This document shows positions 36,415-38,262 of a stretch of 38,262 nt of DNA, one piece after another. The stretch is from assembly GCA_007376125.1 (NCBI GenBank), contig VMFQ01000007.1, forward strand, positions 1 through 38,262, read 5' to 3'. Within the stretch, counting starts at the first letter, position 1; every line of letters starts with the position of its first letter. Origin of the DNA: Parcubacteria group bacterium Gr01-1014_33. GTDB taxonomy: Bacteria > Patescibacteriota > Minisyncoccia > Sungbacterales > HO2-52-23. The position numbers were made by a program, and so were the translations under genes. The notes beneath the pieces were generated by a model. That model made no database searches and had not been told where the DNA came from. It worked only from the letters and a program-made list of their open reading frames with translations.

Positions 36415-36440
36415 ATAACCGACTATTGTCGGTTATTTTT
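36415..36440 (+). terminator. Intrinsic terminator
   Basis: ataaccgac-tatt-gtcggttattttt. Confidence 0.75.
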
Positions 36441-36444
36441 CTTA

Positions 36445-36623
36445 GAAACTGTCTGAAAAGCGCTTTTCGATGGAAAAATAGCCAGATTTTCAAGGAAAAA
36501 TCATTGATGTATATTGATGTATGACGAAGGAATATCAACACAAAGATATTTCAAGGAGTACATCAATGATGTGTACGCGCATATGGCTCGTTTTTGCCGA
36601 AAGGGCGCTTTTTAGACAGTTTC
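36445..36623. mobile_element. 179-bp MITE-like element
   Basis: TIR gaaactgtct(g/a)aaaagcgc; flanks TTA/TTG. Confidence 0.82.
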
Positions 36624-36635
36624 TTGCAGCCATTT

Positions 36636-37604
36636 ATGACCAAAGAGAAATTTATCCAAACCATAACCAAATGGTATTCCTATAATAAAGAATCCTTTCA
36701 TTTTCCTTGGCGCAATACCCGCGATCCGTACCAGATTTTTGTTTCCGAAATAATGCTCCAGCAAACGCAGATTGTACGGGTGATTCCAAAATACGAGGAG
36801 TGGCTCAAGGAATTTCCCACGCTTGAATCGCTTGCCAAAGCGCCGTTTCCAAAAATTCTCAAAGTATGGCAGGGGATGGGATATAACCGCCGGGCGCGGT
36901 ATCTAAAGGACACCGCAGAAATTGTTGTCCGAAAGTATAACGGACAAATTCCTCGCGATCCGCAAACGCTTGAAAGATTTCCGGGTATCGGACATTATAC
37001 GGCGCGCGCGATTACATGTTTTGCGTATGGGAGATGCGAGCCGTTTTTGGAAACAAATATCCGGCGCGGGCTTATCCATTTTTTCGGAAACTCGCCTCAT
37101 TTGTCTGTCATTGCTCACCCCGTTAGAATTCGAAATTCTAACGGGGTGAGCAAAGCGAAACAATCTCGACACGTCGGGATTGCCGCATCCCGACAAGTCG
37201 GGACTCGCAATGACATGCGGCAAGAGAAGATTTCTGACGGAATACTCCTCGCGATTCTTTCTCGTCTTGAGCCGAAAACAAAAAAACGCGAGTGGTACTA
37301 TGCGTTAATGGACTATGGACGCGAAGTGCTGGGGAAAATGTCCGATAACCCCAATCGTCGCGCAAAACACTATCGGACACAATCAAAGTTTCTGGGCTCA
37401 CGCCGCTATGTCCGCGCAAAGATTGTTTTGTATCTTGTGTCAAAGCGAAATGGGGTAAATAGAAAGGAGTTGCTTCATCTCCTCAAGAAGGATTTACACA
37501 CGAAAGATTTTCTTACTCCTCATGTATTTGATTGGGTTCTTAATGATCTTAGCCGAGACAAGTTAATTACTCGCAAAGCAAACAAGTGGATAATTCTTTC
37601 GTGA
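36636..37604 (+). CDS. mutY: HhH-GPD A/G-specific adenine glycosylase (short, no Fe-S motif) with an in-frame insertion
   Basis: PWR..DPY...VSEIMLQQTQ, WQGMGYNRRA, PGIGHYTA, ETNIRR. Confidence 0.88.
   Translation: MTKEKFIQTITKWYSYNKESFHFPWRNTRDPYQIFVSEIMLQQTQIVRVIPKYEEWLKEFPTLESLAKAPFPKILKVWQGMGYNRRARYLKDTAEIVVRKYNGQIPRDPQTLERFPGIGHYTARAITCFAYGRCEPFLETNIRRGLIHFFGNSPHLSVIAHPVRIRNSNGVSKAKQSRHVGIAASRQVGTRNDMRQEKISDGILLAILSRLEPKTKKREWYYALMDYGREVLGKMSDNPNRRAKHYRTQSKFLGSRRYVRAKIVLYLVSKRNGVNRKELLHLLKKDLHTKDFLTPHVFDWVLNDLSRDKLITRKANKWIILS
37106..37215. mobile_element. Translated nested palindromic element inside mutY
   Basis: tgtcattgc...gcaatgaca host with inserts at 37117-37147 and 37188-37203. 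Confidence 0.88.
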
Positions 37605-37614
37605 GTCGTGTTAT

Positions 37615-37775
37615 AGACCTACTGCACAATAATTTTCGTGACGAAATTTCAGAATTTTGAGACAAAATCGCTGAATAAATTTTGCGGCTTATCTGGAGGA
37701 TACGCCAAAAAATTTTGAGGCGATTTTGGCCGAAATTCTGAAGTTGCAGTAGAAGGATTATTGTGCAGTAGGTCT
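37615..37775. mobile_element. 161-bp family B element, inverted relative to 1059-1217
   Basis: TIR agacctactgcacaataat; TSD TAT. Confidence 0.92.
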
Positions 37776-37982
37776 TATGTATATTGTGTATCGTTCTTCT
37801 ACTGGGCATGCCAACTGCTTGGGAGTTTCTCCATCCAATGGAGTAACTACTCGTACTGACTTCTCACACGACAAGATGTTCATACAAACAGGTGGCATAT
37901 GCATGCTTTTCTCATGTATAGATTGAATTGCAGTAGAGAGCCATATATATCTTCCGAAATCTTTCCCATGGAATATACCCTA

Positions 37983-38024
37983 CCACTAAAATTCATCCCA
38001 CGATCGTGGGATGAATTTTAGTGG
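37983..38024. repeat. ACGATCGT-centred perfect palindrome, copy 4
   Basis: Differs from the 23933 copy only by compensatory pairs. Confidence 0.92.
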
Positions 38025-38120
38025 ATGCCCATGGAACTTCGGCATTGTACCATTGCTCACACTGCGAAAGCACCATTTCCTTCAAGGAAAGAACAAAGGG
38101 AAAGTTGTATCACTGGGTGT

Positions 38121-38252
38121 GCCCCCACACTTACTTTTGCTCAATTCTTGTATGGCCATCATTCTTTCATGTTTTTTCTTCAATGAAAGAACAAGGACAC
38201 GCTCCACACACATGGAATTGGAAAAGCCATAAGCAAAAGTAGGTGTGGGGGT
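38121..38252. mobile_element. CCCCACACCTACTTTT-TIR element, copy 2
   Basis: gcccccacacttacttttgc / gcaaaagtaggtgtgggggt; GT on both flanks. Confidence 0.85.
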
Positions 38253-38262
38253 GTGGATAACT

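Noticed and set aside
37780-38242. Short ORFs 38011-38232 and 38021-38242, and a lone TTGCAGTAGA motif near 37930
   Set aside because: The ORFs cross two repeat elements; the lone motif has no identifiable partner arm

Overview
Chromosomal segment most consistent with a Patescibacteria/CPR (Parcubacteria-like) genome. The inference rests on gene content (CPR-type Cys-rich protein, short MutY, DUF763, RRM protein), mostly leaderless starts and genetic code 11. Almost all genes lie on the + strand: housekeeping genes (murB, hpf, secA, UDG, mutY-like), a toxin-antitoxin cluster after secA, and several pseudogenes. No transposase, integrase, tRNA, rRNA or CRISPR array was seen. The most striking property is a dense set of short non-autonomous palindromic elements in about eight families, often nested. 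Two of them split a kinase-fold gene whose 332-aa frame is restored exactly when they are removed, and others sit in frame inside secA and mutY. Three long elements share an invariant unpaired motif between co-varying stems. Also seen: short synonymous-diverged copies of gene ends next to inserted modules, and orphan genes built as promoter, boxA, Shine-Dalgarno, ORF, terminator. All family assignments are from motif recognition, not database searches.
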